Assembly: GCA_964627605.1 (NCBI GenBank)
Contig: CAZVGZ010000001.1
Location: 47,325-111,324 of the forward strand
Origin: an uncultured bacterium
GTDB lineage: Bacteria; Latescibacterota; MWCZ01; CAZVGZ01
Direction of reading: 5' to 3'
Length of the DNA stretch: 64,000 bases
Of this stretch, positions 1 through 9,786 are shown in pieces. Numbering within the stretch: the stretch's first letter is position 1; every line of letters starts with the position of its first letter. The translations under genes were made by a program, and so were the position numbers. The notes beneath the pieces are model-generated. The model was not told where the DNA came from. It made no database searches and was given only the letters and a program-made list of their open reading frames with translations.

Positions 1-379
1 GGTCGCTCTTAACCGCAGCCGGTCGATCTCTTCGTTTACACTGGCGTCTTTCTCAATGTAGGTGTCGGTTCTGGGTAGGTACGCCTCAGGCTGGTAGTAG
101 TCGTAGTAGCTGATAAAATACTCAACGGCGTTGTTGGGGAAAAGCTGCTTTAGCTCGCCGTAAAGCTGTGCGGCGAGCGTCTTGTTGTGCGAAATCACCA
201 GCGCTGGTCGATTGATCTTCTCTATCGCCGCCGCGATAGTATACGTCTTACCGCTGCCTGTCACCCCCAACAGCGTCTGCCACCGTTCGTCCAGGTTGAA
301 CCCGGTGACAAGCTCATCAATCGCCATCGGCTGATCGCCCTGCGGCGTGTATTCAGATATCAGTTCGAATTTTGGCATC
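1..379 (-). CDS. uvrB: Excinuclease ABC subunit B, N-terminal part; the gene continues beyond the window start
   Basis: Reverse-complement translation from the ATG at 379 gives [100 protein letters not shown]. This is the canonical UvrB N-terminus with the Walker A motif GVTGSGKT. Confidence 0.85.
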
Positions 380-558
380 GTGTGGTTCTACTATCGACGG
401 TCGACTCACTTAGGGGCCCCAAATTCTCTGCCCGTATAGTTACGCAGGTTGCCCACCAAAGATATACGATCGGCGACTGGACGTCCACCGCTGCCTCGGT
501 GGTGTTGGATGCGTGCAGGTTGGCATCGCAGGTGGCTAGGGGTTACTGATACGCGGCG

Positions 559-933
559 TTGACTACATCCGACAATAAGGGACTGGATGTGGGAATTAAG
601 GAGTTTGTGTGGCTTGGGGTTTTTTGGGCGATGCAGACGACGGCGATGATTCTGTTTAAGTGGGGCAGCACCGAGTCGGGCCGGTGGCTATGGGGATTTG
701 CTGGCGGCCACGTTTTCGGCGTGTCGAGCATCTGGATTTTGATGGTGCTCTACAAATCTATGAACCCCAACGTGGCGATGGGTATAGCTCTGAGCGGCGG
801 TTTTCTGTGCGCGCAGTTGGGTGTTGCGTTGGTCTACCACTCGCAGTTGACGTTCGTGCAGTGGGCCGGTCTGGCAGCAATTGTCGCTGGGATGATGGCG
901 CTGTCGATGGGTGGACGAGCACACTTCGTGTGA
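559..933 (+). CDS. Small integral membrane protein of about 4 TM helices, DMT/SMR-like
   Basis: 124-aa ORF made of hydrophobic helices (FVWLGVFWAMQTTAMILF, VFGVSSIWILMVLY, GIALSGGFLCAQLGVALV, AGLAAIVAGMMALSM). It is divergent from uvrB. I recognise no specific family. Confidence 0.5.
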   Translation: MTTSDNKGLDVGIKEFVWLGVFWAMQTTAMILFKWGSTESGRWLWGFAGGHVFGVSSIWILMVLYKSMNPNVAMGIALSGGFLCAQLGVALVYHSQLTFVQWAGLAAIVAGMMALSMGGRAHFV

Positions 934-1065
934 CACTTCGGGTCTTATTTGGCACACTTCGTTTAGTTTTGGGCCTGCGTCTGCGCCGCCTATGTGGTTC
1001 GGGCTGCTTGTTCAATAGGCCCGACCCGCCGCGTAGAGATAGGTCCATAGATCACACGAAGTGTG
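920..1065. repeat. Cluster of CACAC-N3-GTGTG palindromes and half-sites between two convergent gene ends
   Basis: Full palindrome cacacTTCgtgtg at 920-932 overlaps the stop of the 559-933 gene. Half-sites acacttcg lie at 933-940 and cacacttcg at 953-961. Full palindrome cacacGAAgtgtg at 1053-1065 sits immediately before the stop (1066-1068) of the minus-strand methyltransferase gene. A further half-site gacacttcgtgcc lies at 2188-2200, upstream of that same gene. Confidence 0.5.
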
Positions 1066-2169
1066 TTAGCCGCCGTATTTTTGACCGAGTTCACGGACCA
1101 GGTCCACGAAGGCGCGGTGGTCGTCAAATGAGGTGTCAGGGGGGGTGGCGTGGTCGATGCCTGGGACATAGCCGCCTGATTCGAGCAGTGCCGGGACTTT
1201 GCGCATAACCTCTTTTTTCATGGCATCACCGCCTTCTGCGACGGCGCGTTTGTCTACGCCGCCTAAGAGCGCGAGTTTGTTGCCAAACCGCTTGCGGGCG
1301 TTTTGCGGCTCCATTCCTGCGGCTATCTCGAACGGGCAGATAGCGTCCACACCCGACCCGACGAACATATCGAGCAGGCTGTCGGCGTTGCCGTCAGTGT
1401 CGAGCCAGATGACAGGTATTCCGCACGACTTGATGTGATCGTTTAGCGGCTCGTAGTAGGGCATCATGAATCTTTTTACGAAGTCAGGGGAGATCAACGG
1501 TCCGGTCTTGTGGGCCATATCCTCCCAGAGCAAAATGAAGTCCAAACCCTCGAAGTTGTCAGTGACTCGCGTAATCAGCCGCGTATAAAAGTCCAGCCAC
1601 CAACGCATTATCTCGTGGATGAGGTCGGGGTCGTCGTAGTAGACGTAGGCCAGACGCTCCTCGCCAAAGCAGTTGCGCGGTGTTCCGTAGGCACCGCACA
1701 CAGTCATCCCCAACGGGTAGTCGCGGTCGTAGTAATCCTCGTGCATCTCCGCCCAATCGGGATACCTGGTCGATACATCAGGATCAAGCTGGTTTTTCCG
1801 CATTGTTTCGAAGTCGGCAGGTGTTTCGATGGGGAACTTGAGCCACTGCGGCATGGACCGCTCAGGATGCGTGGCGCTCTGTCGTCGGACTATCCCGTAG
1901 CGGTCCTGATATACAACGTACTTGTCGTCACGTTCGAGCTCTTTATGCTCAAAGGTAGGGTCCAGAGGCAGCATCGTAAAGCCTGAATTGACAGGCAGAT
2001 AGGCCCATTTCTCCATCTCAAAGTAGTCGTGCGCCAAAACGTCCTCTGACAGACCCTCTTTGCGCCATCTGGTTATGGTCTCGCCCCAGAAACCAAGCGT
2101 TTCCCACCTCAGTGGCCGATCGACGCGCTCAAAGCGCATCTGCCTCAAAAACCTCTCCCGCGTATCCAT
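1066..2169 (-). CDS. Uroporphyrinogen decarboxylase (UroD)/MtaA-CmuA family methyltransferase-like protein, paralog 1
   Basis: 367 aa. The N-terminus MDTRERFLRQMRFERVDRPLRWETLGFW parallels the other three paralogs in the window (MSMTDRERFNACMHFESVDHVPDEEFGYW, MTSRERFLRTLSYRDVDRPPLFDD, MTSRQRLTLAMQGKPTDRVPLHVWG). Length and layout fit the URO-D-like TIM-barrel methylcobamide methyltransferase family. Confidence 0.7.
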   Translation of the reverse strand: MDTRERFLRQMRFERVDRPLRWETLGFWGETITRWRKEGLSEDVLAHDYFEMEKWAYLPVNSGFTMLPLDPTFEHKELERDDKYVVYQDRYGIVRRQSATHPERSMPQWLKFPIETPADFETMRKNQLDPDVSTRYPDWAEMHEDYYDRDYPLGMTVCGAYGTPRNCFGEERLAYVYYDDPDLIHEIMRWWLDFYTRLITRVTDNFEGLDFILLWEDMAHKTGPLISPDFVKRFMMPYYEPLNDHIKSCGIPVIWLDTDGNADSLLDMFVGSGVDAICPFEIAAGMEPQNARKRFGNKLALLGGVDKRAVAEGGDAMKKEVMRKVPALLESGGYVPGIDHATPPDTSFDDHRAFVDLVRELGQKYGG

Positions 2170-2295
2170 ACCCTTCGGGCCCTTCTGGACACTTCGTGCC
2201 GTTTTTTTTCAGTGAATCCGAGAGTTTGGCTGGGGTAGCTCCCCTGCGGACAACAGACCCTTCGGGTCACTCTATTCATCGAAAATGTGAGTCTG

Positions 2296-5121
2296 CTAGG
2301 GCAGCGCTCCAACCGACAACAGCGCTTTTGCTGCGGTTTCATTGAGCGCTAACTCTGGTCGACAATCATCTGATTGAGCGTGTCTGAGCAACTGCGAAAG
2401 CATATATCTCGCCTCTGGCCACTTCTGTTCGAGATTTAGTGCGCAGATGATGAGCGCTCCCTGTCCGACGCGCCGCTCAACAAGATAGCCCAGCGGATGG
2501 CAGATGAGATATGAGTGCATGACGCGGATCACCGGGTCGCCATCGTTAAGCCCCAAAGGCGTCAGGTCCAGCGGTGGCGAGTCAGTTATCATCCTGAAAA
2601 ACTGAAGGTCGGTGTAGCCCTCATGGGGCATGTCGCCAAGCATTGGGTGGTCGGCGATGATAGTGCCGTCGTGGCCGTCTTCGTTGGGCGGGTAGTTCGC
2701 TGGTGGTGTAAAAAAATAGTGGCCCTCTTTCATGCCAAACAGCGGACGATATGGACGCACCAACCCCTCTGACGCCACCAGAACGGCGCGGCCACCATCG
2801 TTGAGGTATTCGAGCAGTTGAGCATCGACGCGCTCAGTGAGCAGCACGTTGCCAGGCTGCGCTTTGGACACACCCGCTTGTTCAATTCCGTCTACCGACT
2901 TCAGCCAGGTGTGTTCGGGAGTGCCATAGATACCTGTGTTGGATGGCAGTTGGATTTCGTGTGGAAAAACCCACAGGTCCCACCGGTTTGTGACGACCCG
3001 GTCGCCGTCGGTAATGCAGGCGATTAACCGCGCTGGCGTTGGTGTCATCACTTGCGGTGCAGTGAATTCCACCTGACCTGCAAGGTACGTTCGGTACGGC
3101 TGGTGTGAGGCTTTTACAGTACCAGTAGAGACCACCTCTTTTCCGACGGATAGCTCCCACCCAATAGCACCAAACGACAGCGGCGGGTGCGAGAAATCTG
3201 ACACATGGAGGTCGCAGCTGACCAAGTCGCCTGGTTCGACCACACGGTCATCGAACCCCAGACTGCACATTATCACCGCGTCGCCGTTAGTCTCAAGCCA
3301 AGATGCGGCGTCGGCGATCTTTCGCTCGTAAAACTCGTCGATCACGCCTTGGGGAGATGGGTTCCCATCCATGGCGTTGAAATGGCATATGCCAGCCAGA
3401 TTCTCATAATCCCTGCGACACGCCTCCATCTTGGCTTTGGACTCCAAAAGTTGCAGATGTTGGCTGTTTTTGGCCCCCTGGGCCAGCGTGTGGCTGATGC
3501 CCTGTTTGGCTGCGGCTTTGATGGCGATCTCGGCTGCGTAGGGCCTCATAGCGCCGGAATATCTCTCTATAAGCGCAACATCTGGGAAAGAGCTCCACCA
3601 CTTATACTCATGTTGGATTAACGGCAGCGCGGTATCGCCGTCGCGGGAGGCTTGGTCGTTTACGAAATCTTGGGGCAGATCCTCGTTTAAGCCGCCGTCA
3701 GTCCAGATAACCAGCGCCGTTGGTTTGATTTTCTTTGTGTCGTTGTAGCACTTCCATGCCGAACGCGGAAAATCGGTATCGGCGCCGTATTCATTACTCA
3801 GGCAATAGAGGTTGGCCGATGGGTGATTTACATCGCGTAGGACGACGTTGTTCCACTGTGTTGTGAGAGCGTCGCGGAATCTGGGTGTTGGCTGCGGCCA
3901 CTGGTATACGTGGTCAGGTGTGTTGCCGCCCCACGCTCCTATCGCTCCCATCTCACTCTGAATCAGCAGACCCACCTCGTCAGCGACGTCGTAGTACTCT
4001 GGGGTCTGCGCGTACGACTGTAGCCTGACATAGTTGTAGCCGTAGTCACGAAGCGTTTTCAGCCTTTTACGAAGCCGATCACGGTCGGTGTCTGGGCTGC
4101 CGGTCTCAGGGCAGGGGATAAACTCTCCGGTGCCCCTCATGTAGTACGGCTCGTCGTTGATGAGAAAATGCTTGGCGTCGGTGGACAGGCTCACGAAGCC
4201 GATCCGCTCTGAGACCGCATCCAGAATCCGCCCGTCCTGCACAATCTCTGCATCAACGCGGTAGAGGTTGGGCGAATCGGGGCTCCATGGCTGTGGCGAC
4301 GGTATCGTGATGCGACACTCGGCCAAATTGCCAACGACAGGGGCCTTCACGCTCTGCTCCTGCCTTCCGTTTACCGGCGTTACTGTCGCTCGCAGAGTCA
4401 GATCGGAGATGGTCTTTGGAGAAAGATCGAACTGGGCGGATACATCCACCGCCTGTCCATTCAGGTCAGGACGACAGCGAAGCTGTTCAATCCGTGCCGA
4501 GCCAGCGGAAACGATCTCAACACCGCGATACAGACCCGACCAGTTGCCCTGCCAACTGTAGGCCATCCCAAAAATCCGATCCGCCTCGTGTACCCTCACT
4601 ACAATGTCATTCTGGGCTTTCAAGTTGACTACGTCGGTGATCTCGAACCCGAATGGCACAAACGGCTGTCCGTGGTTGCCTAACTCCACACCGTTCAGCC
4701 AGACTTGAGCAGATGGATGCGCTCCGCCGAACATCATCCACACCCGCTCTGACTCCCACGCGTCTGGCACCTCGAAACTTGAGGCGTACCACCCCGTGCC
4801 TTTGTAAGTCGCGCGAAAAGTCCTGGCCATCAGTCGGAAATCCCACACCATCTCACTCTCGTCGCTTCCGAACCCCTGGCCCTGCCAACATCCCGGCACC
4901 TCTATCGTGTCTTGAAAAATGTCCGACTGCCCAAACCACCCCTCACCGACACCAACGTCTTCTGGATCCAGTCGAAAGCACCACCTCGGGTCCAAACTCC
5001 GTCGCCTCTCGGCTGCATGTGTCAGCACCGGGTTCACTCGCACCGGGGCCAGGACGTTTTCTGCCGCTTCACCCATCTGTCTACCGCCATTTTCCATTGG
5101 GGATTCGCATATCCGCGCCAT
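2296..5121 (-). CDS. Glycoside hydrolase family 2 protein (beta-galactosidase/beta-mannosidase/beta-glucuronidase-like)
   Basis: 941 aa with GH2 architecture: N-terminal sugar-binding beta-sandwich (WYASSFEVPDAWESERVWMMFGGAHPSAQVWLNGVELG), then a TIM-barrel region with the acid/base motif NEYG (YCLSNEYGAD). The start codon is uncertain; M at ENGGRQ or MGEAAENV are alternatives. Confidence 0.8.
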   Translation of the reverse strand: MARICESPMENGGRQMGEAAENVLAPVRVNPVLTHAAERRRSLDPRWCFRLDPEDVGVGEGWFGQSDIFQDTIEVPGCWQGQGFGSDESEMVWDFRLMARTFRATYKGTGWYASSFEVPDAWESERVWMMFGGAHPSAQVWLNGVELGNHGQPFVPFGFEITDVVNLKAQNDIVVRVHEADRIFGMAYSWQGNWSGLYRGVEIVSAGSARIEQLRCRPDLNGQAVDVSAQFDLSPKTISDLTLRATVTPVNGRQEQSVKAPVVGNLAECRITIPSPQPWSPDSPNLYRVDAEIVQDGRILDAVSERIGFVSLSTDAKHFLINDEPYYMRGTGEFIPCPETGSPDTDRDRLRKRLKTLRDYGYNYVRLQSYAQTPEYYDVADEVGLLIQSEMGAIGAWGGNTPDHVYQWPQPTPRFRDALTTQWNNVVLRDVNHPSANLYCLSNEYGADTDFPRSAWKCYNDTKKIKPTALVIWTDGGLNEDLPQDFVNDQASRDGDTALPLIQHEYKWWSSFPDVALIERYSGAMRPYAAEIAIKAAAKQGISHTLAQGAKNSQHLQLLESKAKMEACRRDYENLAGICHFNAMDGNPSPQGVIDEFYERKIADAASWLETNGDAVIMCSLGFDDRVVEPGDLVSCDLHVSDFSHPPLSFGAIGWELSVGKEVVSTGTVKASHQPYRTYLAGQVEFTAPQVMTPTPARLIACITDGDRVVTNRWDLWVFPHEIQLPSNTGIYGTPEHTWLKSVDGIEQAGVSKAQPGNVLLTERVDAQLLEYLNDGGRAVLVASEGLVRPYRPLFGMKEGHYFFTPPANYPPNEDGHDGTIIADHPMLGDMPHEGYTDLQFFRMITDSPPLDLTPLGLNDGDPVIRVMHSYLICHPLGYLVERRVGQGALIICALNLEQKWPEARYMLSQLLRHAQSDDCRPELALNETAAKALLSVGALP

Positions 5122-5273
5122 CCGATTCCAGCATTTCCAAAGCCAAGTGCGTCCAGGTCAGCCGGGTTGGTCGACGCGTCGACCGCACATGGTCGCTTTG
5201 GACACTGATCTTATCTGTAGGTGCGCCGCAAAAGGTCTTACTCTGGGCAACGATGTCCGCACCCCTGTAGTAT

Positions 5274-6074
5274 GTGTGTCGAATCCAGGGTAGCCAACCC
5301 CTGCGCATCGCTATCCTAAATGAAAGAGTTGAGCCGGTGAAAACACCACTGAAAGTCGAGATTTCGCCCAGCCATCCGCTCCTTATCCTGATGGTGGACC
5401 GAGGTCCGCTAGGAGGCGAAGACGAGGGTGCCAAGATGGTCCGGCTGTACGAGGAGTTGGACGATGACATCAGGCCGTATATCACATTACAGATCAAGGC
5501 GGTACGGTCGAGTGACTTCCAGCGGGACGAGATTCTTCTCTCCTACGCCCAAAAAACCAACCTTCCTATCACTCTCCAGATTCAAGGAGATAACGGCGAC
5601 CGGCAGGATACCATGCCGATTGAGACGGTTCGCCGTTTTATTGATGAGTACCCGTGCATTGTCGGCCTTTAGATCGTCGAGGCGAGCCAACGCACGTTCG
5701 CCGATCAACCTGCTGGTCCTGAATACACAATGGGACGTAATGCTCGATATGCCAGAGATGTCATAAAGCTCGCAGGCGAATACGGTCTGTTTATGAGTTG
5801 GCAACTCATGCGGGACAACTACGCCGCCATCGGTTGTTCTGGAGACAACGAAGCGCTGTTTGACACCATCATCGAATACAGCGACTACGTGATCCCGATG
5901 CACGAGATGAACGTCACGACAATCACGCTGGATCAGAGCCCAGGCGGGTATCAGGACTTCGACCAGGGGGCGGCGAAAAAAATATGTCATCGACCCCCAA
6001 TAATCACGTTGGGCGTCGATTCTTTTTTCCGGGGTGCAATGTGTTGGTGGTGGTCTATGCGGCTGGATGGATAA
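5274..6074 (+). pseudogene. Hypothetical protein whose reading frame is interrupted by a single in-frame TAG at 5670-5672 (called as ORFs 5274-5672 and 5730-6074 in the same frame)
   Basis: Both ORFs are in frame 0 (5274 mod 3 = 5730 mod 3 = 0). Reading runs ...FIDEYPCIVGL TAG IVEASQRTFADQPAGPEYTMGRNARYARDVIKLAGEYGLF... The 57 nt between the TAG and the second ATG contain no further stop. There is no convincing SD before the 5730 ATG. I do not recognise the family; the gene is divergent from the GH2 gene. Confidence 0.4.
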
Positions 6075-7554
6075 CGGAACGCAAGGCGGGGTAGATCAGT
6101 CTGTATTTCCCAAACTGCACGTCGTAGAAGCGCGCGCGCTCAGCATCAGGGTCGATCGGATCGCTGTGTACGACCCCACATGACGCCGCCTCTTCGATTG
6201 ACGACCACACCCCCACCCCAACCCCAGCGATGAGCGCGGCCCCGAGCCCAGCCTGCTCTGCAACGTTGGTGGTGACGACTTGACACCCAAGAATGTCAGC
6301 TTGCAGTTGACGCCATAACGGTGAGCGGGCACCTCCTCCCGAGGCAACAACCTGATTCACCTCCGCTCCTAACCCCCGCATAATCTCAAGCCCCTCACGA
6401 AGCCCGTATGTCACACCCTCCATGATCGCCCGCGTCATGTGTGCCCTACTGTGACGCAGCGTCAGCCCCACAAAACCACCACGGGCATGGGGGTCCATGT
6501 GCGGCGTTCGTTCACCAGCCAGGTAGGGGGCGAAAAACAGTCCCTCTGATCCTGCGGCGACAGCGCTAGCCTCGTCTGACAGATCGCTATATGATAGGTC
6601 GTGGCTGGCTTGAAGAACCTGCTCGCGAAACCATTTGAGCGATAGGCCTGCGCTGAGGGTGGCGGCCATCAGATACCACCGATCCGGCGCGGTATGGCAA
6701 AAGCTGTGCGTCCGCAGTTGAGAGTCAACCAAAGGCCAGTCGAGCGACAGGAAAATCTGCCCTCCGGTGCCGATGGTGGATTGAGCTGAACCGTGTTGGG
6801 TGACGCCGTTTCCCACCGCAGCTATAGGTTGGTCGGCACCACCGTACATGACCGGGATACCGCTTCGTAGGCCAACGGATTTTGCGGAGGCATCGGTTAG
6901 CTCACCTGCGATATCAGATGATTCGGCGACAGCTGGCAACCACGACTGAGGCAGATCCAGAGCCCCGAGCATATCCTTCGACCATCGCCGCCGTGCTACG
7001 TCGAACAGTAGCGTGCTCGAAGCATCTGACGCCTCGGTCCCGATCTCTCCTGTGAGTCGATATCTGACGTAGTCTTTGGGCAAAAGTACCGTGTAAATGC
7101 GGTCGGTTATTTCAGGTCTGTGTCGGACAAGCCACAGGAGTGTTGCAGCCTGAAAGCCTGTAGCGATGGGGTTGCTTGTCCAGCGAGCGAGGTTCTCCAG
7201 GCCTACGTTGTCACAGATATACTCAACCTCAGCGGCGCTTCGCTGGTCAGCCCAGATTGTGGCTGGAAGCAGCGGGTCGCCATTGGAATCGAGACAGACG
7301 GTGCCGTGCATCTGCCCTGAGAAACCTATACCTGCTATATCCTGGTCGGAGATGCCGCTCTTGGAGACGACCTTATTGATGGTATCACACGCTGCTTGCA
7401 CCCACGCATCCGGGTCCTGCTCAGCCCAGTCGTCCATCGGTGTGTCAATTCCGTAGCCGACATATGCGGTGTCCGTGACGACGCCGTCCTCGTCCACCAG
7501 CACGGTTTTTGTTCCCGATGTGCCCACATCAATGCCGAGGAGGTATCGGGGCAT
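6055..7554 (-). CDS. xylB: FGGY-family carbohydrate kinase (xylulokinase-like)
   Basis: 499 aa starting MPRYLLGIDVGTSGTKTVLVDEDG, the FGGY N-terminal phosphate-1 motif. Carries ...GFSGQMHGTV... and a C-terminal FGGY_C domain (VASGGGARSPLWRQLQADILGCQV). Confidence 0.8.
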   Translation of the reverse strand: MPRYLLGIDVGTSGTKTVLVDEDGVVTDTAYVGYGIDTPMDDWAEQDPDAWVQAACDTINKVVSKSGISDQDIAGIGFSGQMHGTVCLDSNGDPLLPATIWADQRSAAEVEYICDNVGLENLARWTSNPIATGFQAATLLWLVRHRPEITDRIYTVLLPKDYVRYRLTGEIGTEASDASSTLLFDVARRRWSKDMLGALDLPQSWLPAVAESSDIAGELTDASAKSVGLRSGIPVMYGGADQPIAAVGNGVTQHGSAQSTIGTGGQIFLSLDWPLVDSQLRTHSFCHTAPDRWYLMAATLSAGLSLKWFREQVLQASHDLSYSDLSDEASAVAAGSEGLFFAPYLAGERTPHMDPHARGGFVGLTLRHSRAHMTRAIMEGVTYGLREGLEIMRGLGAEVNQVVASGGGARSPLWRQLQADILGCQVVTTNVAEQAGLGAALIAGVGVGVWSSIEEAASCGVVHSDPIDPDAERARFYDVQFGKYRLIYPALRSVIHPAA

Positions 7555-7629
7555 TACTGGGACCGATGCGGTTGGTGTGAGAACGATTGACCGCCCTGGA
7601 CATCGCTGTGTCGATCGACCATCGGAGGT

Positions 7630-8238
7630 CTATTCGGAGGCGTCTGCGCTCTGATGGGTCAGGGCTCCATAGATGTAGGCCGCCGTGCCGACAATTATAC
7701 TGACGGCTATCAGATAGACCGGGGCACAGACGACCGCCGCCGGCAGCCGATCAAATGACACCAACAACACTGCGGCCGCCCCAAAGAGGATAATTTTAAG
7801 AGCGACCAGGCTAAAGAAAATGGTCCACTTGTGCCCAAAGGTGATCCGGTTGCTATCTGTGAGACACTCCATTGGGCTCAAACCCTTGTCCACCAAGAGG
7901 TAACACGATTGGCTCCACGCCAGAGCTATTATCACTCCGGGAATCACTACGAAAATGAACCCCACGGGCACAGCGATCGACAGTATTGCGACCAGCAGAA
8001 AATAGTCGCCCATATACTGTCTGTAGCGGGCGTTGAATATCTCGGTGGGTGAAAACTGTTCGCCACGACTCATGCTTGCCACAAGTCCGCAAGTTACCGC
8101 TATGGTAGTGCCGACATTTAGGTATGGTATCCAGATTGTCGCAAGCCAGAGAACCATCGCGCCAAGCACTGATGGGAGGTTCTTGAACCCGATGCTTATG
8201 CCACCTGTGATGATTCCGCCGATGGTCAGTTGAGCCAT
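7630..8238 (-). CDS. Polytopic membrane protein of unknown function, translationally coupled downstream of the symporter gene
   Basis: 202 aa with about 5-6 hydrophobic helices. There is a 12-nt gap after the stop of the 8251-9786 symporter. Confidence 0.55.
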   Translation of the reverse strand: MAQLTIGGIITGGISIGFKNLPSVLGAMVLWLATIWIPYLNVGTTIAVTCGLVASMSRGEQFSPTEIFNARYRQYMGDYFLLVAILSIAVPVGFIFVVIPGVIIALAWSQSCYLLVDKGLSPMECLTDSNRITFGHKWTIFFSLVALKIILFGAAAVLLVSFDRLPAAVVCAPVYLIAVSIIVGTAAYIYGALTHQSADASE

Positions 8239-8250
8239 TGCTGCCCCTCA

Positions 8251-9786
8251 TTATTCGCGCGTCCACCAGGTCATGCGGTGAAGCTGCTCTTCGCTAGGCG
8301 GTGGGAAAAAGTAGCTTGATAGGTATCCCACGCCAAAAAGAAGCACGTTTGCCACAACGCCGATAAAGAAGCGCTGGATCGGCAGCGCCATCCATTCAGG
8401 CAACGCCCCCAAAGCGCTCAGACCCGCCCAGAGCGTAAAGGTGAATGTGAGCGCAACTCCGATTAACGCGCCCTGCCAGTTGGTCCTCGTAGATACGAAG
8501 CCCAACAGGAAAAACCCGCCTAGCCCGCCGGTGAGTACCGCCCCGACGAACATCCCCAGATCAAGAATGGTGGTTTCGCCAACCAGAGAGAGTAGATAGG
8601 CGGTCACCACCATTAGCACACCCAAACCGCCTGTGATATAACGAGCGGCTTTGAGGTAGTATTCGTCGCTGCGGTCTAAGGAGATATACCGTCTAAAAAA
8701 GTCTTCAGTGATGACAGTAGCAGAACCATTCATGCTGGAGTCTATGCTGGACATCGCCGCAGCCAGAACAGCCGAAATGACCACGCCGCCAAGGAACGGC
8801 GGCATCCGTGTCAGAATGAAATGCGGATAGACCGCGTCAGCTTTAAGACCTGATACCACCGAATCTGGATGCACCTGGAAATAGACCCACAGGACGGTGC
8901 CCACGAGCATGAACATCCCCCAGATGGGGATGCAACCAAAGCCCACTGTCAGCACCGATGTGAGAGCGCCTTTGTCGTCTTTGGCGGCGGCGTAACGTTG
9001 TATTTTCGTCTGATCGGTGGAGAACTCCTGTACATTGCCCACCAGACCCATGAGGGCAAATGTCCAGAACGTCAGTTTCACCAGGCTGAAATCAAAATCG
9101 ACACTCAGGTTGAATTTGCCAGCGTCCCATGCCTGCCCCACGACCGCCGACACGCCTCCTTCTACTCCCCAAAACACTATCACTAACGTGATGACTCCGC
9201 CGAACATCAGCACAATCGTCTGAAGCACATCGGTCCAGATGACCGCCTCCAAACCCCCTACAGCGGTGTAGAGGACGATTAGCGCTCCCACCACGATCAT
9301 CACGGTCGTCATCCCCCATCCGGTCATCCCGGTGACAGCGATGGAGATCAGGAATAGGATGATACCCATCCGGTATATTGAGCCGAGTATAAACAGCGCG
9401 CTGGCGTAAGATCGCCCCCACGCTCCGAAGCGGCGGTTGAAATACTCATATGCGCTGCGAAATAGCGTCTTACGGTAGAACACGACGAAATAGCGCAGCG
9501 CGATCATCGCTGTCACCGGCAGCATCAATCCTGGAACGAGGCGACTCCAGTCACCAGCGTATGCCGATCCTGGGTATGCCAAAAAGGTGATTGAGCTGAT
9601 GGCGGTGCCCAGCATGGAGAGTCCCACCGCCCAACCCGGGATCGCCCGCCCACCGACGAAAAAGCCCTCTGTACCCTCGGCTTTGATCCGTTTGGAGCTC
9701 CACATAGCCAAAGCCACCATTGAGGCGGCGTAGAGGAAGACTGCGATTCCATCCCAGAACCTTAGGGTCGTGACGGCCTCATTCAT
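8251..9786 (-). CDS. Sodium:solute symporter (SSS family) transporter
   Basis: 511 aa with about 13 TM helices. Has the SSS family signature region (FFVGGRAIPGWAVGLSMLGTAISSITFLAYPGSAY). Confidence 0.85.
   Translation of the reverse strand: MNEAVTTLRFWDGIAVFLYAASMVALAMWSSKRIKAEGTEGFFVGGRAIPGWAVGLSMLGTAISSITFLAYPGSAYAGDWSRLVPGLMLPVTAMIALRYFVVFYRKTLFRSAYEYFNRRFGAWGRSYASALFILGSIYRMGIILFLISIAVTGMTGWGMTTVMIVVGALIVLYTAVGGLEAVIWTDVLQTIVLMFGGVITLVIVFWGVEGGVSAVVGQAWDAGKFNLSVDFDFSLVKLTFWTFALMGLVGNVQEFSTDQTKIQRYAAAKDDKGALTSVLTVGFGCIPIWGMFMLVGTVLWVYFQVHPDSVVSGLKADAVYPHFILTRMPPFLGGVVISAVLAAAMSSIDSSMNGSATVITEDFFRRYISLDRSDEYYLKAARYITGGLGVLMVVTAYLLSLVGETTILDLGMFVGAVLTGGLGGFFLLGFVSTRTNWQGALIGVALTFTFTLWAGLSALGALPEWMALPIQRFFIGVVANVLLFGVGYLSSYFFPPPSEEQLHRMTWWTRE

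Noticed and set aside
660-1208. Long overlapping or antisense ORFs predicted inside or opposite real genes. Examples: 660-1208+, 4653-5270+, 10473-11039+, 11041-11508+, 11552-12106+, 12119-12796+, 19920-20825+, 41353-42066-, 45278-45976-, 47564-48034-, 53753-54247-, 60494-61273+.
   Set aside because: They overlap well-supported genes with clear family signatures on the other strand or frame, and their products are Arg/Ser/Pro-rich with low complexity. This is typical of spurious ORFs in GC-rich DNA.
2171-2268. A recurring ccttcgggccc motif at 2171-2188, 2258-2268 and 57321-57350 as a regulatory element
   Set aside because: It is short, GC-rich and imperfect. Its occurrences are compatible with chance in a 60% GC sequence and show no consistent positioning relative to genes.
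5670-5672. Interpreting the in-frame TAG as a pyrrolysine codon
   Set aside because: The interrupted protein does not resemble the MttB/MtbB/MtmB families that carry Pyl, and no pyl genes are visible in the window. The TAG is kept as a flagged in-frame stop only.
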